A DNA stretch of 64,000 nucleotides, taken from Opitutales bacterium. GTDB lineage: Bacteria > Verrucomicrobiota > Verrucomicrobiia > Opitutales > PNEW01. The stretch covers positions 768,001 through 832,000 of the forward strand of contig CBDANS010000007.1 in assembly GCA_965197745.1 (NCBI GenBank), given 5' to 3'. Under the pieces are notes generated by a model that saw nothing but the letters and a program-made list of their open reading frames with translations, was not told the origin of the DNA and ran no database searches. The position numbers and the translations under genes were made by a program. Every line of letters starts with the position of its first letter. Positions within the stretch are counted from its first letter, which is position 1. This document shows, in pieces, positions 1 through 9,096 of this stretch.

Positions 1-512
1 CGTACCCCTCCGTATTTCTGCAGAAACCAGTAAACAGCAAAAGCCGTAGCATCCGGTGTTAATCCTGCAAGAATTAGTCTATCGCCATCTGTACGTATAA
101 AGAAAGAATCTTTATCTATTAAATTACTTAACAAATCTAAATTTTTTACCAATTGTGTATTACCAATAAAGATTCCAGCCGTATCTTGATAGAGATGTTC
201 TTGAATTATAGTATAAGTATGACCAGACATAGAATTGAGAACACGTGCAAAATCTTCAGCTATTTCTTGTTCAAGAGTATTCGAATTCTTTGGCAGTACT
301 ATCTGCAATCTAGGTCCAGATTCATTAAAAACTGTAATTGGTTTTGAATCGGATATATGGTGACCAATTAAAAAAGAAAAAAAACATAAGACAGTTCTAT
401 AATACATGCAATGTTTTGATATTACTCTACCTATTGCATAGATATCTCGGAACTGTATCATAATTGAAATTACATAAGAAGATACATGTAAGGTAATGAA
501 AAAAAACCTCAT
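1..512 (-). CDS. DUF4838-like / glycoside-hydrolase N-terminal domain protein (partial, runs off window start)
   Basis: Hand translation gives an open frame from ATG 512 (alternative ATG 407) to the window edge: ...IVLPKNSNTLEQEIAEDFARVLNSMSG...IFIG...DSFFIRTDGDRLILAGLTPDATAFAVYWFLQKYGGVR, typical of this N-terminal domain. Confidence 0.6.
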   Translation of the reverse strand, partial: MRFFFITLHVSSYVISIMIQFRDIYAIGRVISKHCMYYRTVLCFFSFLIGHHISDSKPITVFNESGPRLQIVLPKNSNTLEQEIAEDFARVLNSMSGHTYTIIQEHLYQDTAGIFIGNTQLVKNLDLLSNLIDKDSFFIRTDGDRLILAGLTPDATAFAVYWFLQKYGGV

Positions 513-514
513 TT

Positions 515-1141
515 TTACCTAATAACTGTCTTCCAAATATACCCCAAGTCTTTCCAAAATTTATAATTACTAACATACTCGCGATTGATGCGGACCTTTT
601 CAGGCCAGATCACTTCGTCATTGTATTTTTCAGGTTTAGTTTGCTCAGCCAGTAATTTTTCTTCATTGCGAAAATGTAAGGTGGCTGGACCGGTAATGCC
701 TGGACGCACACTTAAAATGATGCGGTCTTTTCCCACGAGTTTGTCTGCGTAACCCGGAATATCTGGACGAGGGCCAACAAAACTCATTTGTCCAATTATA
801 ATATTAAACAATTGGGGTAGTTCATCGAGCTTTGTCTTTCTTAAATATCGTCCGATGTTGGTAATTCGTGGATCGTTCTCAGAAGTGACATTGGTATGAG
901 GTCCCAAATCATTTCGCATAGTTCGAAATTTACATACCCGAAAAATTCGACCATTACAGCCAATACGATGCTGGAGGAATATTCCGCTTTGCTTAGTACT
1001 AAACGATGTAAGCACATAAAGAATCAACATTAACCACCCTGTCAGCAGTAAACCAATAAATGCCCCTAGTAAATCAAAGCTTCGCTTGGCGATTCTCTGT
1101 TGCAAAGTCAAATTCCCTTTGCGGTATTCATATATACCCAT
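515..1141 (-). CDS. bacterial sugar transferase (polyprenyl-phosphate phosphoglycosyl transferase, PglC/WcaJ C-terminal type)
   Basis: KRSFD...KFRTM...D.RIT.IG.YLRKTKLDELPQLFN...GQMSFVGPRP...RPGITG motifs. Confidence 0.92.
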   Translation of the reverse strand: MGIYEYRKGNLTLQQRIAKRSFDLLGAFIGLLLTGWLMLILYVLTSFSTKQSGIFLQHRIGCNGRIFRVCKFRTMRNDLGPHTNVTSENDPRITNIGRYLRKTKLDELPQLFNIIIGQMSFVGPRPDIPGYADKLVGKDRIILSVRPGITGPATLHFRNEEKLLAEQTKPEKYNDEVIWPEKVRINREYVSNYKFWKDLGYIWKTVIR

Positions 1142-1982
1142 ATCGATCCAAAGTATCTCCTATTAGTGGCAGCAAATCTTTCTGAATTTCACCATATGTG
1201 AATCTTTTTCGCCAATTTCCCACACTCTTGTCAGATACGCTAGCGGTAATTCGCTCTAAATCTATGCTCGTTGAGCTGATCTCAAGAAAATTCAGAATCC
1301 TTTTGAACTCTTTTGCTGGATCGCGAACGAACTTCTCATACTTTAGACGACATATTCGATCTTCAGATATTCTCTGTAACCCGCGTTCGGAATTCTCAAT
1401 GCAGCGTTGCCATTGAAGGGCAGCAACCTGCTCTAAACTCTGTGATTTCAGTGCATTCTCAAACCCTTTAAATCGTGGACCCCAAAAGGCCAGTTGTTTA
1501 TTACTTGAAAAGACTTTTATTAACCTATTCATAGCGTAGTGAATGGCATAGTAGGGCAAATCACATAATGGAACATAACAGGCTTTTTTCATCAGGTAGA
1601 CGGGATCTAAAGATGCCTTCCATCGCTTTAATGCAGAGGCCACAACATCTCTACCATCCCGAAAAATGAAAAGGTATCTTGCTTCAGGTAAAACTTTATT
1701 CACGAACTCAACTCGCAATGAATTAGCGCACGTCTTCTCGACTACATTATCAACGGACAGTTTCTTAGCTATAAATTCAAAACGGTTCCTGATGTAATCA
1801 CGTACCACGGGGTGCGCCATATCTTCTGATAGTTCATCTGTTATTTCCGACCTATTTCCGTGCCTCCAAATATAATTGATCTCATCACAAGGCCAAGTTC
1901 CAAATTTAGGTAACGTACAGAGTAGGTCACGCAAAATATTAGTACCACTACGCCCAGCTCCGATGATGATAACGGGTTTCAT
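1128..1982 (-). CDS. sulfotransferase family protein
   Basis: PAPS-binding GAGRSGT, EKT, RDGRDVVAS and YE motifs. Confidence 0.88.
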   Translation of the reverse strand: MKPVIIIGAGRSGTNILRDLLCTLPKFGTWPCDEINYIWRHGNRSEITDELSEDMAHPVVRDYIRNRFEFIAKKLSVDNVVEKTCANSLRVEFVNKVLPEARYLFIFRDGRDVVASALKRWKASLDPVYLMKKACYVPLCDLPYYAIHYAMNRLIKVFSSNKQLAFWGPRFKGFENALKSQSLEQVAALQWQRCIENSERGLQRISEDRICRLKYEKFVRDPAKEFKRILNFLEISSTSIDLERITASVSDKSVGNWRKRFTYGEIQKDLLPLIGDTLDRYGYI

Positions 1983-2830
1983 AGTTTAAATACCAACAGT
2001 TTTAAGCAATGGCTCTAACTGGTTGATAGGAATCTGTGTTCCACACGCACAGGTTTTTCGGCCGTTGTATGCATATATCCCAGTTCATGGTAGAAGATTA
2101 CGGGACGGAAAAAGGAATCAAGAATGAACAGGTTAATGACAAGGGTTGTATTCGATTGAAATGAAGGAGGTGATGCTATTAGAAGATCTGAGTAATACCT
2201 AATGAACGAACACTGCCTACTATCTTGCATAAGCTTATCTAATCATTGACGATGAGAAAAAGGATAGGCTATGATCTGTGTGATAAAATTCCTGATCAAC
2301 ATTCTTTTTTCTAATTACCCGAGAGGGTAAACCCATTTATCCTTACATGAATATACTACAAGACAGTCTTTCTTAATTTTCTCACAGTGGAACCGGGATA
2401 ACCTTTTCTCAGGTCGCTGCAATCTAGGTTTTTGCTAACGACTTCCTCGACCACCGGCTTTAGCTATACATTTTTTTAAAACTAATAGATAATATTTTAT
2501 AAAATTATAGAGAGGCACAAGCTAGCTGAGTTTCCTCGTTCTGCAAACGGTTCTATCTCATTTTCAATCCCAATCCTTTAGATTTTTGTGATGAAGTAAA
2601 TAATCATGTACTTGTAGATAAACTAGCGGTACTAAATTTATCATTGAAATTAACAAGCCAATAAAATCATCTAATAATTTATTAGATGCTGGAATAATTA
2701 AATTATAGATGTTCCTTTTACTACTTATGTATTAGCTCTATTAGATTTCCCAAAAAACTCATCAATTGTTTAATTCACACCAAAAATACTGTAAATAGCG
2801 TTGATCGGACCCCGTATTTCGTATCAAATT

Positions 2831-3827
2831 TTAAGTGAGAGAACTACCGGGTGTTAATGGTTTTAGGATTGATGTATATGAGAGATCTTGGCGCAGTGAG
2901 GGCGTAGCCCGAACGCGGCCAAGAGCGGAAAGGAATGTGACAAACTCTTGTGGGCTTTTAAAGCCTAATCGACTGTGGGGATGTTCATTGTTATAGGTCT
3001 GACGCCATTGTTCTATTAGCACTTGCGCTTCAGCCACGCTGAGCAACACTTCACGGTTCAAACACTCATCGCGTAAGCGGTTGTGAAACGACTCGATGAA
3101 ACCGTTTTGCCAGGGACTGCCCGGATCGATATATATCGCCTTGATCTTTTTGTCGGACAACCACTGCTGCACCTGATGAGCAATGAATGGCTTCGCATGT
3201 CGTCGCTTCGCTCCTCGGAACACTGCCGTTGTCACTGCGGATATAGCTAGGAACTCCCTCTTCATCGATGGTTTCGCTGAGTACCGAGAGAACATCGGTT
3301 GAGGTGAGCTGTCGAGCTACCCGGATGCGTAAACATTTACGCGTATATGTCTTCGCTTCGCTTGAGTGTCGTCGCTTTCAGCTCCTCGGTACATCGATCA
3401 AGGTCATCATCTTTAGCATACCGCCATTGTCTGTACGATCATGGACAAAGTCCCAGGACCAGACGTGATTGCGACCGGTTGCTTTAGTAGGGAGCCCAGT
3501 AGAGATCCCCTGACGGTGTCTACGCTTTTTCGGTGGCTTTACCTGTAAGCCCGAAGAACGTCGCACTGCCTGTACAAATTTCCTGCTTGCCGCCCAACCT
3601 TCTTTCACCAGCAAGGCACGAATGCGCCGGTAACCGTAACGGGGATGTTCCCAGGACAAGGTCAAAATCCGCTCGGCCAATTGCTGAGCCTTCTTACTGG
3701 CCTGCTTGGGTCGGTAGCTGTACGTTGACCAACTGAGGCTGAGATAAGCACAAGCCCTCTAAAACGAGCACAGCCCCTTCTCAGCCGCATCTTTTACTGC
3801 TCGCTTCTTCTGCTTTGGGCTCACCAT
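2831..3827 (-). pseudogene. IS3 transposase orfB (integrase core), disrupted
   Basis: HPRYGYRR, WSWDF, RSDNG and PGSPWQNGFIESF motifs split by an early TAG, a 45-nt insert containing TGA (3348-3392) and a 34-nt frameshifting insert (3188-3221). Confidence 0.88.
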
Positions 3828-4087
3828 TTTTTTGAGAGCGTTTCCTCCAACACCCGAAGCTTGAGCATTTGATCAGCGAGCATCTTCTTCAGCTCCGTAT
3901 TCTCCTTTTCCAGCTCTTTAAATCGCTTCGCATCAGCCAGCTCCAAGTTGCCATACTTTTTGCCCCAGCGATAGAAGGTCTGTTCACTTAGGTTGTTGCC
4001 GTGGCAGACTTCCTGCACGGTTTTGCCCGTATCGGGCTGCCGCAGTATTGCTATGATCTGTTCTGTTGTATATCTTTTTCTTTTCAT
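3821..4087 (-). CDS. IS3 transposase orfA (HTH)
   Basis: MKRKRYTTEQIIAILRQ...SEQTFYRW...KELEKEN.ELKKMLA; A7 run at the orfA/orfB junction. Confidence 0.9.
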   Translation of the reverse strand: MKRKRYTTEQIIAILRQPDTGKTVQEVCHGNNLSEQTFYRWGKKYGNLELADAKRFKELEKENTELKKMLADQMLKLRVLEETLSKKW

Positions 4088-4152
4088 TGAGGTTATCTGT
4101 TTATCCCGATAACCTCTCTCTGTTAATGATACCATTTTTGGGGGTCACTCCA

Positions 4153-5430
4153 CCTGCAATTACATTGCTGAAAAAGCTGTTTCTGCTCCTGCCCTGGATC
4201 CTCGCGGGAATCTTTATGCTTATCAGCATTCTTAACCCGGCTTACGAGAGATATTTTTTACCCAATACTCAAGACGCTTTTCGAAGAATAGATTACAATA
4301 ATTTATTACCCTCAACGGTAGATGTGGTGCGAACAACAGAGAAAGTTTCACTCTTAACCGGTGTGATGGCGCTCTCTGTTGCCTTGTTCTATCTCGTGCG
4401 TCGAAGACGGGATATACGTCTTATACTGAATATCATCTTCATCAACAGCCTTGTCTTAGGCATTGTCGGTACGGTGTTTAACCTGATGGGAACTGACCGT
4501 ATTCTTGGAATGTTTGATCCCGTCAATACCATGTTTTTTTCCAGTTTTCGCTACCACAACCACTGGGCTGGGTTTACTCTCCTTTGCCTTGGTGTGGGGC
4601 TGGCGCTTTACAGCTACTATCACAGTAAAGACGATGCCAGGAAAAGTCGGTCTCGTACATCCACTTTTTTTCTCGGGATGTTATTTTTTTTAGCGTTGAG
4701 TATCCCTTTATCGGGGGGGCGCACGGGCATGCTTCTGCTAATTGTCATGGGGGTATTATTTTTCTTCAGGCTTTGGTGGAGTGAAATTCAAAAGCGCCGA
4801 AGGGGATATCACAGAAGATACTTATTAACTAAGTTAGTCGCAGTCGTCACTGTCGTCATGGTCGTCACCTGGCTGATTTATCAACTCGGTGAGGAGATGA
4901 TCCAAGTTCGCTGGGAAAAATCGATTCATCAGTATGAAGATATATTAAGGGGTGAGGCAATGGAAATGCGGGTATATTCCACACGTGACACACAGGGTAT
5001 GGCGTTGGACAAACCCTGGTGGGGTTGGGGTTTAGGTTCTTTTACCTACGCTTTTAAACTTTATGCGGGACCTGAGTTCTACCGTGGAAAACACTATTTA
5101 CGCATGGAGTTCGCCCACCAGGACTGGCTGCAGTATTGGGCCGAATTGGGGACTGTGGGTTTTGCCGCCTTGTTAGCTCTCCCCGTATTCATTGTCATTA
5201 TTGTTTTGAGACGAGGAAAGTCCAACCCGGTTACGGGCTGGCTAGCGGTCGGTTGCGGCCTGATCCTCGTAATGGCTTGTTTTGAATTCCCCCTGAGCAA
5301 CCCGGCGATTATCGCCCTGTTTTTTATACTCGGAACTCTCGCCGCGAAGTATGCGTTATTAGAAAGTCAAATGTCAAAGGTCGAAGGTCGAAGGCGGGAT
5401 GGGGAAATGGGTGAAAGCGATAAAGGGTGA
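4153..5430 (+). pseudogene. O-antigen ligase family (Wzy_C) membrane protein, 5'-truncated by IS3
   Basis: Multi-TM; SFRYHNHWAG, SGGRTG, KPWWGWGLGSF and AHQDWLQYWAELG motifs. The ORF start at 4066 lies inside the IS, so the native start is missing. Confidence 0.75.
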
Positions 5431-5563
5431 ATGCGGATTGATGCAGGATACAGGATGCAAGATGCAGGGTAATATAACCGCTTATATACCTATTCGCTTC
5501 AACGCATGTACGCATGCTCTCGTTTACACATATACCTTAGACTTTAGACCTTCGACTTTCGAC
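5365..5563. repeat. nested inverted tandem-array element (7-mer GTCRAAR / 8-mer / 7-mer GATGCAG / 8-mer' / YTTYGAC)
   Basis: gtcaaat gtcaaag gtcgaag gtcgaag ... gatgcag gatacag gatgcaa gatgcag ... ctttagac cttcgac tttcgac. Confidence 0.85.
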
Positions 5564-5575
5564 AAAATCGAATAT

Positions 5576-5956
5576 TCAATTCGATTTTAATACCGCATCA
5601 TATTTCGCTTTATTGGCAAATAGGAGGTAGATATTCAAAGCGGTTACGATGAGGGCGACGGGGATGCCTTTGAGGTCGAGGGCGAGATGGTAGAGGATAA
5701 TATTGACACTGAAGGGTGCGAGCAGGAGGAGAGCGAGAGCGACATAGCGGTTTATAAGTAACATCACTCCGACCCCGATTTTTACGACCCCGATCATGGG
5801 GAAGATGTATCCGGACTCCGCGAAAGCTCCTAAGAGTTTACCGGCGTCTTCCGGCGGTTCAGGCATAGGCATGAAATGAAAAAAGGTGTTCAATCCAAAT
5901 AGAAGAAGGATCACACCGAGAAGAATACGAGCAACGAGATCAATTTTTGACTTCAT
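5576..5956 (-). CDS. DoxX family membrane protein
   Basis: ARILLG...FGLN.FF.F.P.P motif, 4 TM, 126 aa. Confidence 0.85.
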   Translation of the reverse strand: MKSKIDLVARILLGVILLLFGLNTFFHFMPMPEPPEDAGKLLGAFAESGYIFPMIGVVKIGVGVMLLINRYVALALLLLAPFSVNIILYHLALDLKGIPVALIVTALNIYLLFANKAKYDAVLKSN

Positions 5957-5964
5957 ACATTTTA

Positions 5965-6970
5965 ATTTACAGGAAGATCGGGGAGGACGGGAAGAAAATT
6001 ATAGCCACAAAAAGCACAAAATGAGAGAGGGAATTGGCTGACAGATGTCGTCACGTTAAAGCAAGATGTACAATATATTTAACCACGAATGACACGGATA
6101 TCTAATATATATAAAGGAGTTGAATAGGGGATTAATGAGGAGTCTAAAGTCGAATGTCTAATGTCGAAAGTCGGAAAACGAAGAATTTTTACAGGAAGAT
6201 CCAGCCGTCGCCAAGGCTATGGCCTGGCAGGCGGGAAGAACGGGAAGAAAATAATAGCCACATTTCAGGAAGAGAATAAACCACGAATGGACGCGAATTA
6301 GCGCGGATTACCACGGATATTTTATATAGAGAAGAGTTAATTAGCCACCAACCGTCGTCCCGCGGTGGCGGGACTATGGTCGGCAAAGCAAGATGCACTA
6401 CCAGAGCACAGCGAGATTTTCTAATGACACAAGATACCTTCAGGTGAAAGTTAGTGCTTAATCGCAAAAGCTCAGCAGTAGCTGAGCTTCGGCTGTTCCT
6501 TACCGTTTTTTTAATTTTGATTTAAAAAACCGCGTAAAGGATTATCCGTATCAGTTCCGCTCGCGTGCGCGTGCGGGATGACTTTGCGATGAAGCATCGT
6601 ATTTCACCTTTTCTTAACTTCATGTATTTAAATCCGCGACATCTGCGTAATCCGCGTCTCCGCGACATCCGCGTAATCTGCGGTCAGATATTTCCGTCTT
6701 TCCCGCTTGCCACGCCATAGCTCACTAGAGCGACGGTGGGATCTTCCTGTAAAATCCCTCTCTTTTTTTGTGTCTCTTGCCTGCCGGTCATAGTCACGGC
6801 GTCAGTTGTTCATATCCGCGAAAGTATAAAAAAGGAATAATGATGTGTTATAAAGTGGAATCTCGGACGCAATCGGCCGTCGTCCTTACAAATACAGGAC
6901 TATGGCCGACAGGCACCATGCGTCCCTCCAGAAAAAGGAATATCGACTTTTGACATTAGACCTTCGACTT
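5965..6970. repeat. composite intergenic repeat region (7-, 9- and 10-mer arrays, hairpin micro-inserts, cloverleaf element, REP)
   Basis: caggaagat/cgggaag, agccacaaaaagcacaaaa and ccacgaat/cacggat arrays on the left, with their reverse complements on the right. Confidence 0.8.
6439..6609. repeat. ~175-bp structured element (MITE- or ncRNA-like), copy A
   Basis: ~35-bp imperfect terminal inverted repeat TTCAGGTGAAA..TGCTTAATCGCAAAAG; near-identical to 7988-8162 and 10623-10797. Confidence 0.8.
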
Positions 6971-7000
6971 GATCCTCCATCATTCAAACGATGGAGGATC
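6971..7000 (-). terminator. stem-loop directly after the sulfotransferase stop codon
   Basis: GATCCTCCATC-attcaaac-GATGGAGGATC, perfect 11-bp stem; no strong U-tract. Confidence 0.45.
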
Positions 7001-7685
7001 AAAATTTATATCCATGTAGCTCGATTTCTTTTCGGAAATGGGTTTCGATGATTAATCGCTGTTTTTCGTTGAGGACTTCTTGATAGGGTCTTTTGTCTTT
7101 TCGGAATTCGGATTTTGCATGGACGTGGAGTGATCCGTCAAAGGGAATGCCGAGATGATTAAAGACTTCGCTGAGTTCCTGGTTTAAATTCTCATTCCGA
7201 ACAACTCGATCAACGATGATCTCACCTTTGTCATTCGTGTATTTTTGGAAGCTTACTGGAAATTCACCTCGGGAGAAATACTCATCTAAAGAGAGCCTAC
7301 CGCCACTGCGGTTTCTTTTCATATAATAATGGGACAATGTCTTGTCCCAGGAGTTTCTCTCTACACAAAATTTGTAGTAGCTATCCCAGATTTCTGCAGG
7401 CAGATATTTTTTAATTAATTTTGCAGGAATATGATTAAAGTATTTTATCCCGGAAAAAAAATGTTCAATGGTTCTTCTCTTCCTTTTCCATTTCATGGCC
7501 ACCATTTCCGTAAAAGGATTGAATAAACCTTTATAGTTTCGCGGTTCATGAAGTTCATCGGGTGGATTAAGGGGTGTGACAATATCATTTTCACCACAAT
7601 GTTGAGATAAATAAATTTCAATGCTGGAACCCGCTGTTTTTTCCATCTTTATAAAGATGAATTTATACTTATGGGAGAGGATCAT
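6999..7685 (-). CDS. sulfotransferase family 2 (carbohydrate sulfotransferase-like)
   Basis: ILSHKYKFIFIK..KTAGSS and YYKFCVERNSWDKTLSHY motifs. Confidence 0.82.
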   Translation of the reverse strand: MILSHKYKFIFIKMEKTAGSSIEIYLSQHCGENDIVTPLNPPDELHEPRNYKGLFNPFTEMVAMKWKRKRRTIEHFFSGIKYFNHIPAKLIKKYLPAEIWDSYYKFCVERNSWDKTLSHYYMKRNRSGGRLSLDEYFSRGEFPVSFQKYTNDKGEIIVDRVVRNENLNQELSEVFNHLGIPFDGSLHVHAKSEFRKDKRPYQEVLNEKQRLIIETHFRKEIELHGYKF

Positions 7686-7987
7686 TGTGACTAGGAGTCA
7701 AAGGTCGAAGGTCTAAAGTCGAAAGTCTGAAAAATGAAGATTTTTGCAAGACGGCCGGAAAGAAAAGAATAGCCACATTTCAGGAAGAGAATAAACCACG
7801 AATGGACACTAATTTACACGAATATTATTTAAAGGATGAGAAAGAAAGAGATAGCCACCAGCCGATGCCGAGGCTATGGCAGGCAGGCAAGAGGCACCTA
7901 CCGACTTCCCGCAGTGGCGGGACTATGGCCAGCAAAGCAAGATGCACTACTGGAGCACAGCGAGATTTTCCAATGACACAAGAAAAC

Positions 7988-8162
7988 TTCAGGTGAAATT
8001 TGGTGCTTAATCGCAAAAGCTCAGCAATAGCTGAGCTTCGGCTGTTCCTTATCGCTTTTTTTAAATTTTGATTTAAAAAACCGCGTACAGGAATATCCGT
8101 ATCAGTTCCGCTCGCGTAGCAGTGCGGATGACTTTGCGATGAAGCAACGTATTTCACCTGAA
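7988..8162. repeat. ~175-bp structured element, copy B
   Basis: TTCAGGTGAAA...TTTCACCTGAA with the same internal hairpins as copy A. Confidence 0.8.
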
Positions 8163-8238
8163 TTAAACCCAAAATTAGTATCCGCGATATTCGCGTCATC
8201 CGCGGTTAGATCTTTCTGCATTTTTCTTCTATGGTGCT

Positions 8239-8994
8239 TTACCTCATACACTCCACATACAATGACCCGGGTTTGTATTCCTTGTTGTCCTGAATATCGA
8301 GGTTTTCTGACAGATATTCTTTGTAGAGGCTATTATTATAAGTCATCTTTTCGATCTTACTAAAACCATTTTGACGTAACCAATAGGACAGACTCTGCCA
8401 ATCATAAGTCCAGAAGTGGCGTTCACCTGAAACCTCAAATCCGGACTTTCTAAAAAGATTTTTAATAAAACTTTTGATATTGATTTTTGAATGGGGTGTA
8501 ACATCGGGTTTATCAAGTAACTGGAGCAATTCGCTGCTCAGAATTGGGCGCAGCCATTTTTGATTTTCTACATTTCCTCTCGCAGCTTTTAAAAATGATG
8601 CTTTTTGGCCTCCAGATTCGGTTCGAGTCAATTGATCGAGGAGTTCTATCATGTACCAGTGATGTTTGACTGGATTATCCTGGTTAAGTTCGACGCTCTT
8701 AATATAATTACGTGTTAAGACTTCCAAATCGGGTAGGGAAATTCGAAAAACACCGCCGGGTTTTAGACAGCGACATACCTCTCTCATTAAAAACTGACCA
8801 GTCTCTATGGGGAAATGGTCGAGAACATGTGAGGTGTAGACAAACTCAAAGGAATTGTCCGGATAGGGAAGTCCTTCCCAGAGATTAACCTGCTTAACAA
8901 ATGGGGGGTGCGAGTGAACATCTACATTCTCACAGGCATCTCCCTTGTTGTAACGAAAACCACAGCCTATGTTTAATTTTATTTTAGAATCCAT
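8239..8994 (-). CDS. class I SAM-dependent methyltransferase (type 11)
   Basis: LNIGCG, LPYPDNSFEFVYTSHVLDH and LKPGG motifs. Confidence 0.88.
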   Translation of the reverse strand: MDSKIKLNIGCGFRYNKGDACENVDVHSHPPFVKQVNLWEGLPYPDNSFEFVYTSHVLDHFPIETGQFLMREVCRCLKPGGVFRISLPDLEVLTRNYIKSVELNQDNPVKHHWYMIELLDQLTRTESGGQKASFLKAARGNVENQKWLRPILSSELLQLLDKPDVTPHSKINIKSFIKNLFRKSGFEVSGERHFWTYDWQSLSYWLRQNGFSKIEKMTYNNSLYKEYLSENLDIQDNKEYKPGSLYVECMR

Positions 8995-9096
8995 ACTGGA
9001 TGTTAATTCGACCTCGGATACTGCTCATATATATGACCGTCCCTAATCAGGATCAAAGTTCTTAAAGATTTTAGATTAACGGGTTTCAGGTATTTC

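Larger units (their letters stand above)
2802..4152 (-). mobile_element. IS3-family insertion sequence, copy 1 (inactivated)
   Basis: 1351 bp, TG...CA ends with imperfect TIRs (TGATCGGACCCC / TGGAGTGACCCC), orfA HTH plus orfB DDE remnants; flanks GCGT and CCTG show no target duplication. Confidence 0.93.

Noticed and set aside
1990..2800. AT-rich spacer as a hidden gene or ncRNA
   Set aside because: Only a short ORF without recognisable motifs, and no convincing structure.
3378..3380. Selenocysteine or alternative-code readthrough of the in-frame TGA in the IS insert
   Set aside because: TGA terminates many ordinary genes here, and the second insert frameshifts orfB anyway.
6189..8363. ORFs 6189-6467, 7802-7996, 7825-8199 and 8139-8363 (also 10750-10983 and 58784-59128)
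   Set aside because: They are translations of repeat elements; starts and stops are not conserved between copies.
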